Positions 30,702 to 40,774 of a stretch of DNA of 64,000 bases are shown here, one piece after another (positions within the stretch are counted from its first letter, which is position 1; every line of letters starts with the position of its first letter). Location of the stretch: assembly GCA_963678315.1 (NCBI GenBank), contig OY782781.1, positions 1,856,001-1,920,000 on the forward strand, read 5' to 3'. This stretch comes from Candidatus Cloacimonadales bacterium. Lineage in GTDB: Bacteria; Cloacimonadota; Cloacimonadia; Cloacimonadales; JAFGVF01. The position numbers were made by a program, and so were the translations under genes. The notes under the pieces were generated by a model. The model saw only the letters and a list, made by a program, of their open reading frames with translations, ran no database searches and was not told the origin of the DNA.

Positions 30702-32619
30702 AATATTTGAACAATTAACAGCAGAAGCAGTTTCTACACCTTCTATTCCATGTAGAGAATATATTAATTACAAGTTAGGATTAACTGAACTTGATGATGC
30801 GAAAGTTGAGTTAGCAGATAAGTTTGCACAAGTTTACAGAAGAGAATCTGGTGTGTTTGATTGCCAAATCTCTTTATGTAAAGGTACTGGTTGTCATGCT
30901 TCAGGTGAAACTACATTATTTCAAAAATTTGATGAATTATTAAGAGAAAAAGGTTTAAGAGATAGAGTAAACTTAGTTGAAACTGGCTGTCGTGGTTTCT
31001 GTGAGATGGGTCCACTCGTAGAGGTATACCCACAACACATCTTCTACTGTAAAGTTAAACCTGAAAATGTATTAGATATTATAGAAAAAACAGTAATAAA
31101 TAAAGAAGTTATTCAAGAGCTTGTTTTTGATGGTATTCCAATCGCTGAAGAAATTCCATTCTACAAAAAACAAGTTAGAAGAGTTTTAAGAGAATCTGGT
31201 CATGTTAACCCTGAAAATATTAATGATTCTGTAACACATGATGCTTATCAAGGTTTCATGAAAGCTGTTAAAATGGATCCAGAAACTGTAATTGGCATGG
31301 TTAAAGATTCAGGTCTAAGAGGCCGTGGTGGTGGTGGATTCCCTACAGGTCTTAAATGGCAGTTCACAAGAGCTACTGAAGCTGATAAGAAATATGTAAT
31401 CTGTAATGCTGATGAAGGTGATCCAGGTGCATTCATGGATAGATCTATCATTGAAGGTGACCCACATAAATTAATCGAAGGTATGATGATTGCTGCTTAT
31501 GCGATTGGTGCTGATGAAGGTTATGTTTATGTTCGTGCTGAATACCCATTAGCTATTCAAAGATTAAAAATTGCTATGGCTCAATGTAAAGAATTTGGTA
31601 TCTTAGGTGAAAACATCTTAGGTACAGGATTTAACTTTACACTTAAAATTAAAGAAGGTGCTGGTGCTTTCGTATGTGGTGAAGAGACTGCTCTTATTGC
31701 TTCAATCGAAGGTAAACGTGGTATGCCAACTGTTAAACCACCATTCCCATCAACTTCAGGTTTATTCGGAAAACCTACTAATATTAACAATGTTGAAACA
31801 TTTGCTAATGTTCCATTAATTCTTAACAACGGTGTTGAATGGTATAAAGAAGCTGGAACAGAAAAATCACCTGGTACTAAAATCTTTGCTATGACAGGTA
31901 AAATCAGAAATACAGGTCTAGTTGAAGTTCCTATGGGTATCACTCTTAGAGAGCTAATCTTTGATATCGGTGGTGGACTTAAAGGTGGTGCAGAATTCAA
32001 AGCTGCTCAAATCGGTGGACCATCAGGTGGTTGTTTAACTGAAGAACACTTAGATATGCAAATGGACTTTGACTCTCTTCAAGCTGCTGGAGCTATGGTT
32101 GGTTCTGGTGGACTTGTGATTCTTGATACAAAAACATGTATGATTGAGACTGCTAGATTCTTCATGAGTTTTACTCAAAATGAATCATGCGGTAAATGTA
32201 TTCCTTGTAGAGAGGGAACAGGTAGAATGCTTGAAATTCTTACTAGAATCACTAAAGGTAAAGGTCAAGAAGGTGATATCGAGCTTCTTAAAGAACTAGG
32301 TCACACAGTTAAAGAAGCATCTTTATGCGGATTAGGTAAAACTGCAGCTAACCCTGTTCTATCAACTCTTCACTATTTTGAAGATGAATATAAAGAACAC
32401 ATCTTTAACATGAGATGCCCAGCTGGTGAATGCAGTGACTTAAAAGTATATGAAATTGTTCCAGAATTATGTAAAGGTTGTTCAAAATGTGCTAGAGTAT
32501 GTCCTAACGATGCTATCTCAGGCAAAATCAAAGAACCGTTCGTAATAGACCAAGAAAAATGTATTAAATGTGGTGCTTGTGAATCAGCATGTCCATTTAA
32601 CGCTATTAAAGTAGGATAG
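30694..32619 (+). CDS. hydB: [FeFe]-hydrogenase diaphorase subunit HydB (NuoF-like)
   Basis: N-terminal [2Fe-2S] domain, GRGGGGFPTG, CNADEGDPGAFMDR, ESCGKCIPCREG, two C-terminal [4Fe-4S] motifs. Confidence 0.94.
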   Translation: MSKIFEQLTAEAVSTPSIPCREYINYKLGLTELDDAKVELADKFAQVYRRESGVFDCQISLCKGTGCHASGETTLFQKFDELLREKGLRDRVNLVETGCRGFCEMGPLVEVYPQHIFYCKVKPENVLDIIEKTVINKEVIQELVFDGIPIAEEIPFYKKQVRRVLRESGHVNPENINDSVTHDAYQGFMKAVKMDPETVIGMVKDSGLRGRGGGGFPTGLKWQFTRATEADKKYVICNADEGDPGAFMDRSIIEGDPHKLIEGMMIAAYAIGADEGYVYVRAEYPLAIQRLKIAMAQCKEFGILGENILGTGFNFTLKIKEGAGAFVCGEETALIASIEGKRGMPTVKPPFPSTSGLFGKPTNINNVETFANVPLILNNGVEWYKEAGTEKSPGTKIFAMTGKIRNTGLVEVPMGITLRELIFDIGGGLKGGAEFKAAQIGGPSGGCLTEEHLDMQMDFDSLQAAGAMVGSGGLVILDTKTCMIETARFFMSFTQNESCGKCIPCREGTGRMLEILTRITKGKGQEGDIELLKELGHTVKEASLCGLGKTAANPVLSTLHYFEDEYKEHIFNMRCPAGECSDLKVYEIVPELCKGCSKCARVCPNDAISGKIKEPFVIDQEKCIKCGACESACPFNAIKVG

Positions 32620-32630
32620 GAGAATAAACG

Positions 32631-34640
32631 ATGAAACAATATATGGAAGTTAACGGTAGACAAGTAGAAATTACTGGTAATGAAAAAAATATACTAGAAT
32701 TAGTTCGCAAGTTGGGAATAGAAATTCCTACATTCTGCTATCACTCAGAACTATCAGTTTATGGTGCTTGCCGTATGTGTATGGTTGAAGATGAAAATGG
32801 TAACTTAATGACTTCATGTTCAACAAAACCAACTGAAGGAATGAAGATTAAGACACATACTAAGAAGATAATGAACACTAGAAGAATGATTCTTGAACTT
32901 CTTTTAGCAAATCATCACCAAGATTGTACTACTTGTGAAAAAAGTGGTAACTGTAAATTGCAAGAATTAGCAGTTAACATGGGTGTTAAAAAAGTTAGAT
33001 TCAAACCAAGAACAGAATGGCAAGATCTTGATATGTCTTCAAAGAGTATAGTTAGAGATCCTAACAAATGTATTCTTTGTGGTGACTGTGTAAGAATGTG
33101 TTCAGAAGTTCAAGGTGTTGGTGTTTTAGGTTTTGTTAATAGAGGACCTGAAATCGGTGTTGTTCCTGCTTTCAATAAACCTATCTCTGATGTAGATTGT
33201 GTTAATTGTGGTCAATGTGTAAGCGTATGTCCTACTGGTGCTTTAACTGTAAAAGATGATACAATGAAAGCTTGGGAAGCATTAATTGATCCTAAGAAAA
33301 AAGTTGTAGTTCAAATTGCTCCAGCCGTAAGAGTTGCTTTAGGTGAAGAATTCAATTTACCTGAAGGTCAAAACAGTCTTTACAGATCTGTGGCTGCTCT
33401 TAAATTAATGGGTGCTGACTATGTATTTGATACATCATTTAGTGCAGATTTAACAGTTGTAGAAGAAGCAAGTGAATTTGTAAATAGAGTACTTAAAAAT
33501 GAAAAGCTACCACAGTTCACATCATGTTGTCCTGGTTGGGTAACTTATGCAGAAAGAAATTGTCCAGATATGTTAAGCAATCTTTCTACATGTAAATCAC
33601 CTCAACAGATGTTTGGTGCTGTATTTAAGAAGTTCTTCGCTAAGCAAATGAATGTTAAACCTGAAGATATGTTTGTATTATCAGTAATGCCTTGTACAGC
33701 TAAGAAATTTGAAGCAGATAGACCTGAATTCAACACTGATGGTGCACAAGATGTAGATTGCGTAATCACAACAGTTGAATTAGCTAGAATGATAAGAAAG
33801 ATGGGACTTCAGTTCAATGAAATCGAACCTGCATCATTAGATATGCCGTTTGGATTCTCATCAGGTGCTGGTGTAATCTTCGGTACTTCTGGTGGTGTTG
33901 CTGAAGCAGCTCTTAGATATGCAGTTGAAAACATTACTGGTGAAACTTTAACAGATGTTAACTTCAAAGAAGTTAGAGGACTTAAAGGTATCAAAGAAGC
34001 AGATTTCAGAATTGCAGATAAAGAAATAAAATTAGCAGTTGTTTCAGGATTAGCTAATGCTAAATCAATAGTTGAAAAAATTAGAGCTAAAGAAGTTAAC
34101 TATGACTTTGTAGAAGTTATGGCTTGTCCTGGTGGATGTATCAATGGTGGCGGACAACCTGTTTCACATGATACAGATACTACACAAAAACGTTCTGAAG
34201 GCTTATACGATATAGATGCTAAATCTACTGTTAAAAAAGCTCAAAACAACCCAACAATAGAAAAATTATATGCAGAATGGTTAAAATCTCCAAATAGTGA
34301 TGAAGCTCATTATGCTCTTCACACTCATTATAACCATAAGAAAAGAATAGATGGCTTCGAAATCAAAGATGAACAAGAAGTCGAAAAGAAAGTTACTGTT
34401 TCAGTTTGTGTGGGAACAAACTGCTACCTAAAAGGTTCTTATGATGTATTACAAGGACTTATCAACTTATCTAAGAAACACAACATCGAAGATAAAGTTG
34501 AATTTAAAGGTACTTTCTGCTTAGAAAACTGTAGCTGTGGTCCATCAATCAAAGTATCAGATGATGTTCACAAATACGGAGTAAACAAAGAAGAAACTGA
34601 AAAGTTCTTCAATAATGTAGTACTTCCACGTATTAAATAA
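32631..34640 (+). CDS. hydA: [FeFe]-hydrogenase catalytic subunit HydA with C-terminal thioredoxin-like [2Fe-2S] domain
   Basis: H-cluster motifs TSCCPGW, MPCTAKKFEA, EVMACPGGCINGGGQP. N-terminal F-clusters. C-terminal CVGTNC...FCLENC. Confidence 0.96.
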   Translation: MKQYMEVNGRQVEITGNEKNILELVRKLGIEIPTFCYHSELSVYGACRMCMVEDENGNLMTSCSTKPTEGMKIKTHTKKIMNTRRMILELLLANHHQDCTTCEKSGNCKLQELAVNMGVKKVRFKPRTEWQDLDMSSKSIVRDPNKCILCGDCVRMCSEVQGVGVLGFVNRGPEIGVVPAFNKPISDVDCVNCGQCVSVCPTGALTVKDDTMKAWEALIDPKKKVVVQIAPAVRVALGEEFNLPEGQNSLYRSVAALKLMGADYVFDTSFSADLTVVEEASEFVNRVLKNEKLPQFTSCCPGWVTYAERNCPDMLSNLSTCKSPQQMFGAVFKKFFAKQMNVKPEDMFVLSVMPCTAKKFEADRPEFNTDGAQDVDCVITTVELARMIRKMGLQFNEIEPASLDMPFGFSSGAGVIFGTSGGVAEAALRYAVENITGETLTDVNFKEVRGLKGIKEADFRIADKEIKLAVVSGLANAKSIVEKIRAKEVNYDFVEVMACPGGCINGGGQPVSHDTDTTQKRSEGLYDIDAKSTVKKAQNNPTIEKLYAEWLKSPNSDEAHYALHTHYNHKKRIDGFEIKDEQEVEKKVTVSVCVGTNCYLKGSYDVLQGLINLSKKHNIEDKVEFKGTFCLENCSCGPSIKVSDDVHKYGVNKEETEKFFNNVVLPRIK

Positions 34641-34675
34641 AGAATTGTCTCCCAATTCTATTTGTATGTAAAATA

Positions 34676-34707
34676 AAAACCCCCGCTGTCCTCGGGGGTT
34701 TCTTTTT
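34676..34707 (+). terminator. Terminator of the hydrogenase operon
   Basis: AAAACCCCCG...CGGGGGTTT followed by a T-run. Confidence 0.85.
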
Positions 34708-34769
34708 GTATTAATATAGTATGAAGATATATATTCTTTATACATTTACACTTAAATATTCAAGGAAAT

Positions 34770-34853
34770 CAAGCATCTTGCTTGGCATAATTCTGGGAAG
34801 GCAAGCAAGCATCTTGCTGGACACAATACTGGGAAGGCAAGCATCTTGCTTGC
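34770..34853 (+). repeat. Three tandem copies of palindrome GCAAGCATCTTGCTTGC (module M7)
   Basis: Copies at 34770, 34805 and 34837; the last two are preceded by CTGGGAAG. Confidence 0.85.
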
Positions 34854-34967
34854 TATAAGCTTTGTTAATATTTCTTTAATAGGCAATGTTTTTTCTTGAC
34901 ACTTAAGAATTAGGCAATATTCTTTTAATGAGAAAGAATTTTAATAAATAAAATATAGGGAGTTAGT

Positions 34968-36458
34968 ATGAAAAAGTTTCTACTAATGTTTTTAGTATTA
35001 TTGCCTGTTTTACTTGTATCTCAGGAAGATACGAATGATGGTTTTCAGATGGGTGGTTCCGCAGGTGCTATGACTATTAATGGTGAGACATACACCAGAA
35101 TTAGATTAAATCCTGAATTTGTTTTTTGGAAATTTGGTGTTGGCTTAGATTTTGACCTTCTTATTACAGGAGAAGGAGATTTAAGAGAAGAGGATTGGGA
35201 TGATCCAGAAGATTACATAAACAAGATTTTATATATTCGTTATGGTCATAGAGGTGATCCATTTTATGCTAAAGTTGGTAGCATGAAATCTTACACTCTT
35301 GCTAATGGTCTTATAATGAGTGGTTATTCAAATATGCTACAATATCCAGATGTTAGAAAGATAGGCGGTTATTTTGGTATTAATACTGAAATAAGCGGAT
35401 TGGGTTTAGAAGTCTTTGATGCTGATTTTGCAGAAAATGATATTTTTGCAGGAAGAGTTTTCTTGGACCCATTCCAAGTAACACAAGCACCATTATTTAA
35501 AAACTTACAATTAGGTGCATCATTTGCTATAGATACTGACCAATATAATAGATTTAATGATGAAGATGGAGATAATGTACCTGACATCTTTGATGCTTTT
35601 GAAGATGATTCTAATTATTCAGTAGATACTGATGGTGATGGAATTCCTGATGAAGAAGATATTGATGCTGATGGTGATAATTTAATTGATAATCCTGATG
35701 ATGGTACTGAATGGTGGGGGCAATTACCTGAATCTTATCAAGATAATGATGGCGTAAATCTTGATAAAGCTAGTAAGTATGATGCTGAAGATGAAGTTGT
35801 TATCTTTGGTCTAGATTATACATTACCTATTATTGATGAAGAGTATTTAAAGCTATATCATTATTCTGAATATGCAAAAATTCTTGATTATGGTCAAGGT
35901 GTAATATTCCCTGGTTTTGGTGCTAAAATTGCTATTTTTGATTTCAAACTTGAAGGTAGAAGATTTGAAGATGAATTTATACCTGGATATTTCGATTATC
36001 AATATGATACTCAAAGATCTTATGTGTCTGGCGATACAATCATAACAAAGGAATCTATACTTGAAGAAGTAAAGGCTTCAACAGGTTGGTATGGTTCTGT
36101 AACAGCTAATATAGCAAATGTTATATATTTTGATTTAGCTTATCAAGATATGTATGGTGATGATGTTACAACAGGTAAATCTTTATGGGCTGGCTTACGT
36201 GCAGATACAAGTATGATACCTAAAATTAAAGAAGCATCAATTGAATATTCTCAAACAAACAAAAGATATATAAACTTTTCAGAATTTAGAAATCCTAATG
36301 CTGTAGTTAATGGCAAGATTTCTTATGAGTTAAGTCCATCTTCTTTCTTAGTTGGTAATTATAAAGAACGCTATACAGATATAAATAATGATGGTAAAAT
36401 CAAAGGTACAGATGAAATTGAAAAAACCTTTGGTTTTGGAGTAGAATTTAACTTCTAA
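34968..36458 (+). CDS. Outer-membrane beta-barrel-like protein with inserted Ca-binding DxDxDG repeats
   Basis: Signal peptide, C-terminal FGVEFNF, acidic DEDGDNVPD/DTDGDGIPD/DADGDNLID repeats. Confidence 0.7.
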   Translation: MKKFLLMFLVLLPVLLVSQEDTNDGFQMGGSAGAMTINGETYTRIRLNPEFVFWKFGVGLDFDLLITGEGDLREEDWDDPEDYINKILYIRYGHRGDPFYAKVGSMKSYTLANGLIMSGYSNMLQYPDVRKIGGYFGINTEISGLGLEVFDADFAENDIFAGRVFLDPFQVTQAPLFKNLQLGASFAIDTDQYNRFNDEDGDNVPDIFDAFEDDSNYSVDTDGDGIPDEEDIDADGDNLIDNPDDGTEWWGQLPESYQDNDGVNLDKASKYDAEDEVVIFGLDYTLPIIDEEYLKLYHYSEYAKILDYGQGVIFPGFGAKIAIFDFKLEGRRFEDEFIPGYFDYQYDTQRSYVSGDTIITKESILEEVKASTGWYGSVTANIANVIYFDLAYQDMYGDDVTTGKSLWAGLRADTSMIPKIKEASIEYSQTNKRYINFSEFRNPNAVVNGKISYELSPSSFLVGNYKERYTDINNDGKIKGTDEIEKTFGFGVEFNF

Positions 36459-36468
36459 ACATATATGT

Positions 36469-36501
36469 AAGAATGTAGGTAAAAGCCTACATTCTTCTTT
36501 T
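36469..36501 (+). terminator. Intrinsic terminator
   Basis: AAGAATGTAGG...CCTACATTCTT followed by a T-rich tail. Confidence 0.75.
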
Positions 36502-36561
36502 CTCTAGTTTCTTGAGGCTGAATAAACAACAATAACAATTACAACCCCATAAGAAGTAAAA

Positions 36562-38229
36562 ATGGAAATATATCTCTTAAGTATTAATATATTGATTTTA
36601 TTAATAGTCTGCTTATTAGCTTATCTAATATACAAGAAGATTACCGGAAAAAGTAATATAATTCAATCTGAAGTAAAAACTATAAATCCTGATTTAGTAA
36701 ATGTTAAAGAAAATGAATTAATGCATATTCTACCATATCCTGCTATAATGATTGATATAAACGGAAACATAGTAGATTATAATTTTATGTCAAAGGAACT
36801 TCTACCTAATATTGAGATTGGCAAACGTTCAGAAGCAGATTTAATTTTATCGACAACAGAAGCAGAATTACCATTCAAGGAAGCCTTTATTAATCGTAAA
36901 ACAATAACAAAAAAGTTTTTATATAAACAATCTGTTTATTCAATGCTAGTGATACCATATTATGAGAATAGTAACATAGTTGGTTTTTACGAATTATTCT
37001 TAGATATATCTGAAGTTGAGCAATTAAAAAAGGATAGAGGTCAGAAATCAAAACTAGAGACAGTTGGGCATTTATCAATGGGAATGGCGCATGATTTCAA
37101 TAATATATTGCAGGTAATCATGGGACATGCTGAGCTATGTTTAGATGAGGATGACATTGATGATGCAACTAAAGATAATTTGGAAATTATTTTACAGGCG
37201 GGAGATAAAGCTTGTTCTCTAACTAGACAACTTCTCATCTTCTCAAGGAAACAAGAGGGAGATTATAAGCTCCTTGAGCTTAATGCAATAATCAAGAGTA
37301 TGCAAAAAATGCTTGATAGATTATTAGGTGAAAACATCAAAATAGAGCTTAATCTATGGAAAAGTGGTTTAGAATTAAAAGCAGATGAAATACATTTGGA
37401 GCAGGTTATTCTAAACTTATGTGTTAATGCTCGAGATGCAATGCCTTCTGGTGGGACAATCAAAGTTTCAACTGAACTGATAGATGTAATGGCCGGAGAT
37501 TTTGATTCTAACCCTGAACGCTTACCAGGTCAGTATATAAAACTATCTGTTGCTGATACTGGTACAGGTATATCTCAAGAACATATTGATAAGATCTTTG
37601 AACCATTCTTTACAACCAAAGGCAAGGGCAAGGGTACTGGTTTGGGGCTTGCTAACGTGCTAGGTATTATAAAACAGTATAATGGTTTTATTGATATAGA
37701 AAGCAATATTGGATTTGGAACAGTTTTTAAAATATTTATTCCTCATAAAACATTTTCAGTAGATACACAGATTATTGATACTGAAGTAAAACAAGAAGCA
37801 AAGTTAGAACTAAATAATCAACATGTGCTTCTAATAGAAGATGATGATCTTATATGTCAGGTTGTAACTAAAATGCTAAAAAAGAATAAACTTAAGGTTT
37901 CTATTTGTAAAGACATTACATCCGCAACAAAATTACTAAATGAAGATTTATCAAAGTTTGATTTAATAATATCTGATTTAATACTTCCTGATGGTAATGG
38001 ATATGATTTATATAAATCTTTACAACAGATAAATAATAAAATTCCATTTATAATTACAAGTGGTTATTCTGAAGAACGAGAGGAATTAAAAAATCTTATC
38101 TCTGAAGGCGTATGCTTCTTAAAAAAACCATTCTCTGTAAAAGATTTAATGGGTAAAGTTAAAGAGATTTATAGAGCTTCTAAGAATAGGGATATAGATA
38201 AAGAAACTATGTCTAATAGTAAAAACTGA
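36562..38229 (+). CDS. Membrane-anchored PAS hybrid histidine kinase with C-terminal receiver domain
   Basis: N-terminal TM segment, H-box AHDFNNIL, NARDAM, DTGTG, FFTTK, GTGLGL; receiver IEDD/SDLILPDG/KP. Confidence 0.92.
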   Translation: MEIYLLSINILILLIVCLLAYLIYKKITGKSNIIQSEVKTINPDLVNVKENELMHILPYPAIMIDINGNIVDYNFMSKELLPNIEIGKRSEADLILSTTEAELPFKEAFINRKTITKKFLYKQSVYSMLVIPYYENSNIVGFYELFLDISEVEQLKKDRGQKSKLETVGHLSMGMAHDFNNILQVIMGHAELCLDEDDIDDATKDNLEIILQAGDKACSLTRQLLIFSRKQEGDYKLLELNAIIKSMQKMLDRLLGENIKIELNLWKSGLELKADEIHLEQVILNLCVNARDAMPSGGTIKVSTELIDVMAGDFDSNPERLPGQYIKLSVADTGTGISQEHIDKIFEPFFTTKGKGKGTGLGLANVLGIIKQYNGFIDIESNIGFGTVFKIFIPHKTFSVDTQIIDTEVKQEAKLELNNQHVLLIEDDDLICQVVTKMLKKNKLKVSICKDITSATKLLNEDLSKFDLIISDLILPDGNGYDLYKSLQQINNKIPFIITSGYSEEREELKNLISEGVCFLKKPFSVKDLMGKVKEIYRASKNRDIDKETMSNSKN

Positions 38230-38326
38230 TAAGATATGATTAAATTTAATCTTCCTTTTTATTGACAGACTATTAGCATAGAATAAATTGCCGATTATAT
38301 AAATAATTATTTTTTTAGGAGAAAAA

Positions 38327-39577
38327 ATGAGTTCACTCGCGATATTAGGTTGCATGTTCGGAGACGAGGCTAAAGCGAAAATCGTTGATGTCATGGGAGC
38401 TGATGCAGACTTAGTTGTTCGTTTTCAAGGTGGTAATAATGCTGGTCATACTATATGTATTGGGGATGAAAAGTATGTATTCCATTTAGTTCCAGCTGGT
38501 ATATTATATCCAAAGATGACTTGTGCAATAGGAGCTGGTACAGCAATTGATCCTTGGGCACTAAAAGAAGAAATGGAAAACTTGAAAAATCAAGGTATTG
38601 AATTTGATGGTAGATTCTATCTAGATCCAAGAGCAAACGTTACCCTACAACTTCATAGAGAATTAGATTCAAAAAGTGAAAATACTAATAGTAAAATTGG
38701 TACCACTAAAAGAGGAATTGGACCAACTTATTCTGATGCAATTGCAAGAAAAGGGTTGAAGTTTATTGACCTTTTTGATGGTAGTGACCTTTCTTCAAAA
38801 ATACAAAATCTTTATCATTATCACAATATCAATTTGGCTGACGAGCTCTTAGATTCTATTATTGGAGAGTTAGAAGAGATCAAAAACTTCTATGCACCAT
38901 TTATTAGACAGGTCAATTATTTAATAAATGAATACTATAGTGCAGGAAAGAATGTTATCTTTGAAGGTGCACAAGGTACCTTGCTCGATATTACATATGG
39001 TACTTATCCATTTGTAACTTCATCTAATACTATGTCTGGTGGGATTTCTACCGGATGTGGGTTTCCACTAAGAAAAGTTGATAAAATACTTGGTGTATAT
39101 AAAGCATATTATACCAGAGTAGGGGATGGACCATTCCCAACAGAACTTTTTGATGAAACTGGCGAGCAAATCAGAAAACAGGGAAATGAGTTTGGTTCTA
39201 CTACTGGAAGACCAAGACGTTGTGGTTGGTTTGATTTATTTGCTTCAAAATACACTGCAGATATCAATGATGTTGATGAGATAGCTCTTACTCTAGTTGA
39301 TGTTTTAATGAATATAGATAGCATAAAAGTTTGTACAGGATACAATTATCAAGGTAAAAAACTCACTGAGTTCCCTGCTAGTTCTCAACAATTAGCAGAA
39401 TGTGAGCCTATATATACTTCTCTTGCTGGATGGACTGAAGATATCTCTTCAATTAGATCTTTTGATGAACTACCAGAAAATGCTAAAAACTATGTTCTTT
39501 TTGTGGAAAAAGAGATGGGCAAGAAAGTTTCAATAGTATCAGTAGGACCAGGAAGGGAGCAAACAATATTTAGATAA
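38327..39577 (+). CDS. purA: Adenylosuccinate synthetase
   Basis: RFQGGNNAGHT, GTTKRGIGP, EGAQG, TRVGDGPFPTE, TTGRPRRCGWFD. P-loop variant GDEAKAK. Confidence 0.96.
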   Translation: MSSLAILGCMFGDEAKAKIVDVMGADADLVVRFQGGNNAGHTICIGDEKYVFHLVPAGILYPKMTCAIGAGTAIDPWALKEEMENLKNQGIEFDGRFYLDPRANVTLQLHRELDSKSENTNSKIGTTKRGIGPTYSDAIARKGLKFIDLFDGSDLSSKIQNLYHYHNINLADELLDSIIGELEEIKNFYAPFIRQVNYLINEYYSAGKNVIFEGAQGTLLDITYGTYPFVTSSNTMSGGISTGCGFPLRKVDKILGVYKAYYTRVGDGPFPTELFDETGEQIRKQGNEFGSTTGRPRRCGWFDLFASKYTADINDVDEIALTLVDVLMNIDSIKVCTGYNYQGKKLTEFPASSQQLAECEPIYTSLAGWTEDISSIRSFDELPENAKNYVLFVEKEMGKKVSIVSVGPGREQTIFR

Positions 39578-39589
39578 AGGAGATAGGGG

Positions 39590-40774
39590 ATGAAAAAATT
39601 ATTATTAATTAGTGTGCTATTTGCAATTTGTGCAGTTCCTTTAACAGCTAACTACCAATATAGTGCACCAGAGTTTATGCAAGCTTACTATGACTTATTC
39701 TCTCAGAACTACCTGAATGCACTTGCTGCAGGTCGAGGTAATACAGGTGTCGCAAAAGTTGAGAACATAGAAAATGCAGTGATAAATCCAGCAGGATTTT
39801 CAACCGAGCATTCTGAACTTTATACAGAGATTGTGTTCAAACCTTCTCAAGATGAGTTTGGTCATACTGGCAATAATAATTATCTTAGTGAAAATCCCCT
39901 TTCAATGATTGGTCTAGGATTTACTTTAGTAGATGATTTAAGTACAGGAATATACTATTCTCATCCTAAGAATATTAAGTATGATAACTATGCGATATCG
40001 TTACCTACAGGTGCCTATGTTAATATAAAAAGTGAATACACACATCATAGAATCGGTTTTGTGAATTCTTATAACTTTGGTATAGTATCTATGGGTGCAG
40101 ATGTAAACTATAACATTCATAATTACGATAACTTTGTTGTAATGGGATCTACTGAAAAGATTGATATGAAAGAAGCTGGTATTTCTTTTGCAACAGGAGC
40201 TGTAATTTCTACTTCGGATAATTTTAATATAGGATTAGCTTATAATCATTCAGAAGACTATGAATTTACCAATAGACATACTAGTTGGGATGTCACAATT
40301 CCAGCAAAGATTACAGCCGGGCTATCATATAGATATAACAGAAATAGTGTTGTAAATATGGATGTAGAACATAGATTGAACAGTCAAATGAGTGACGATT
40401 ATGAAGATATAGATATTTTAAAACTAGGATTTGAACAACAAATTAGAAATAGTATTATCCGTATTGGTGGTATCTATATTCCATCAACTTTTAATGGTGT
40501 GGTAGATCTTCCAACAGTAGGCATTGAAGATATGAACACATTCTATGAACCAGATAATTACAATGGTGGTATAGAAGTAATTGGAGAAACTGATCAAACA
40601 TTTCTAACTGTGGGATATACTCTAAATCTTGAAGATTTTACTTTCAATTTGGCAGCAATGCAAGCTTTGAATTCTGAAGTTAATACTACTCAATTCTATA
40701 TCTCTCTTGGTGTTAACCTAACTGATTTCGATATTAACAACTATACTCCAGGAAGCTATGAAGATGATGAATAG
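39590..40774 (+). CDS. Outer-membrane beta-barrel, FadL/PorV-like
   Basis: Signal peptide, ALAAGRGNTGVA...NAVINPAGF motif, beta-strand periodicity. Confidence 0.68.
   Translation: MKKLLLISVLFAICAVPLTANYQYSAPEFMQAYYDLFSQNYLNALAAGRGNTGVAKVENIENAVINPAGFSTEHSELYTEIVFKPSQDEFGHTGNNNYLSENPLSMIGLGFTLVDDLSTGIYYSHPKNIKYDNYAISLPTGAYVNIKSEYTHHRIGFVNSYNFGIVSMGADVNYNIHNYDNFVVMGSTEKIDMKEAGISFATGAVISTSDNFNIGLAYNHSEDYEFTNRHTSWDVTIPAKITAGLSYRYNRNSVVNMDVEHRLNSQMSDDYEDIDILKLGFEQQIRNSIIRIGGIYIPSTFNGVVDLPTVGIEDMNTFYEPDNYNGGIEVIGETDQTFLTVGYTLNLEDFTFNLAAMQALNSEVNTTQFYISLGVNLTDFDINNYTPGSYEDDE

Noticed and set aside
30198..32619. Respiratory complex I nuoE/nuoF
   Set aside because: Adjacent to an H-cluster HydA with no membrane nuo genes; fits HydC/HydB.
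34770..34853. Mini CRISPR array
   Set aside because: Only three short palindromes, with spacers under about 20 nt that resemble each other; no cas genes.
38327..39577. PurZ (diaminopurine synthesis) instead of PurA
   Set aside because: Catalytic Asp of GDE is retained and the context is chromosomal, not phage.
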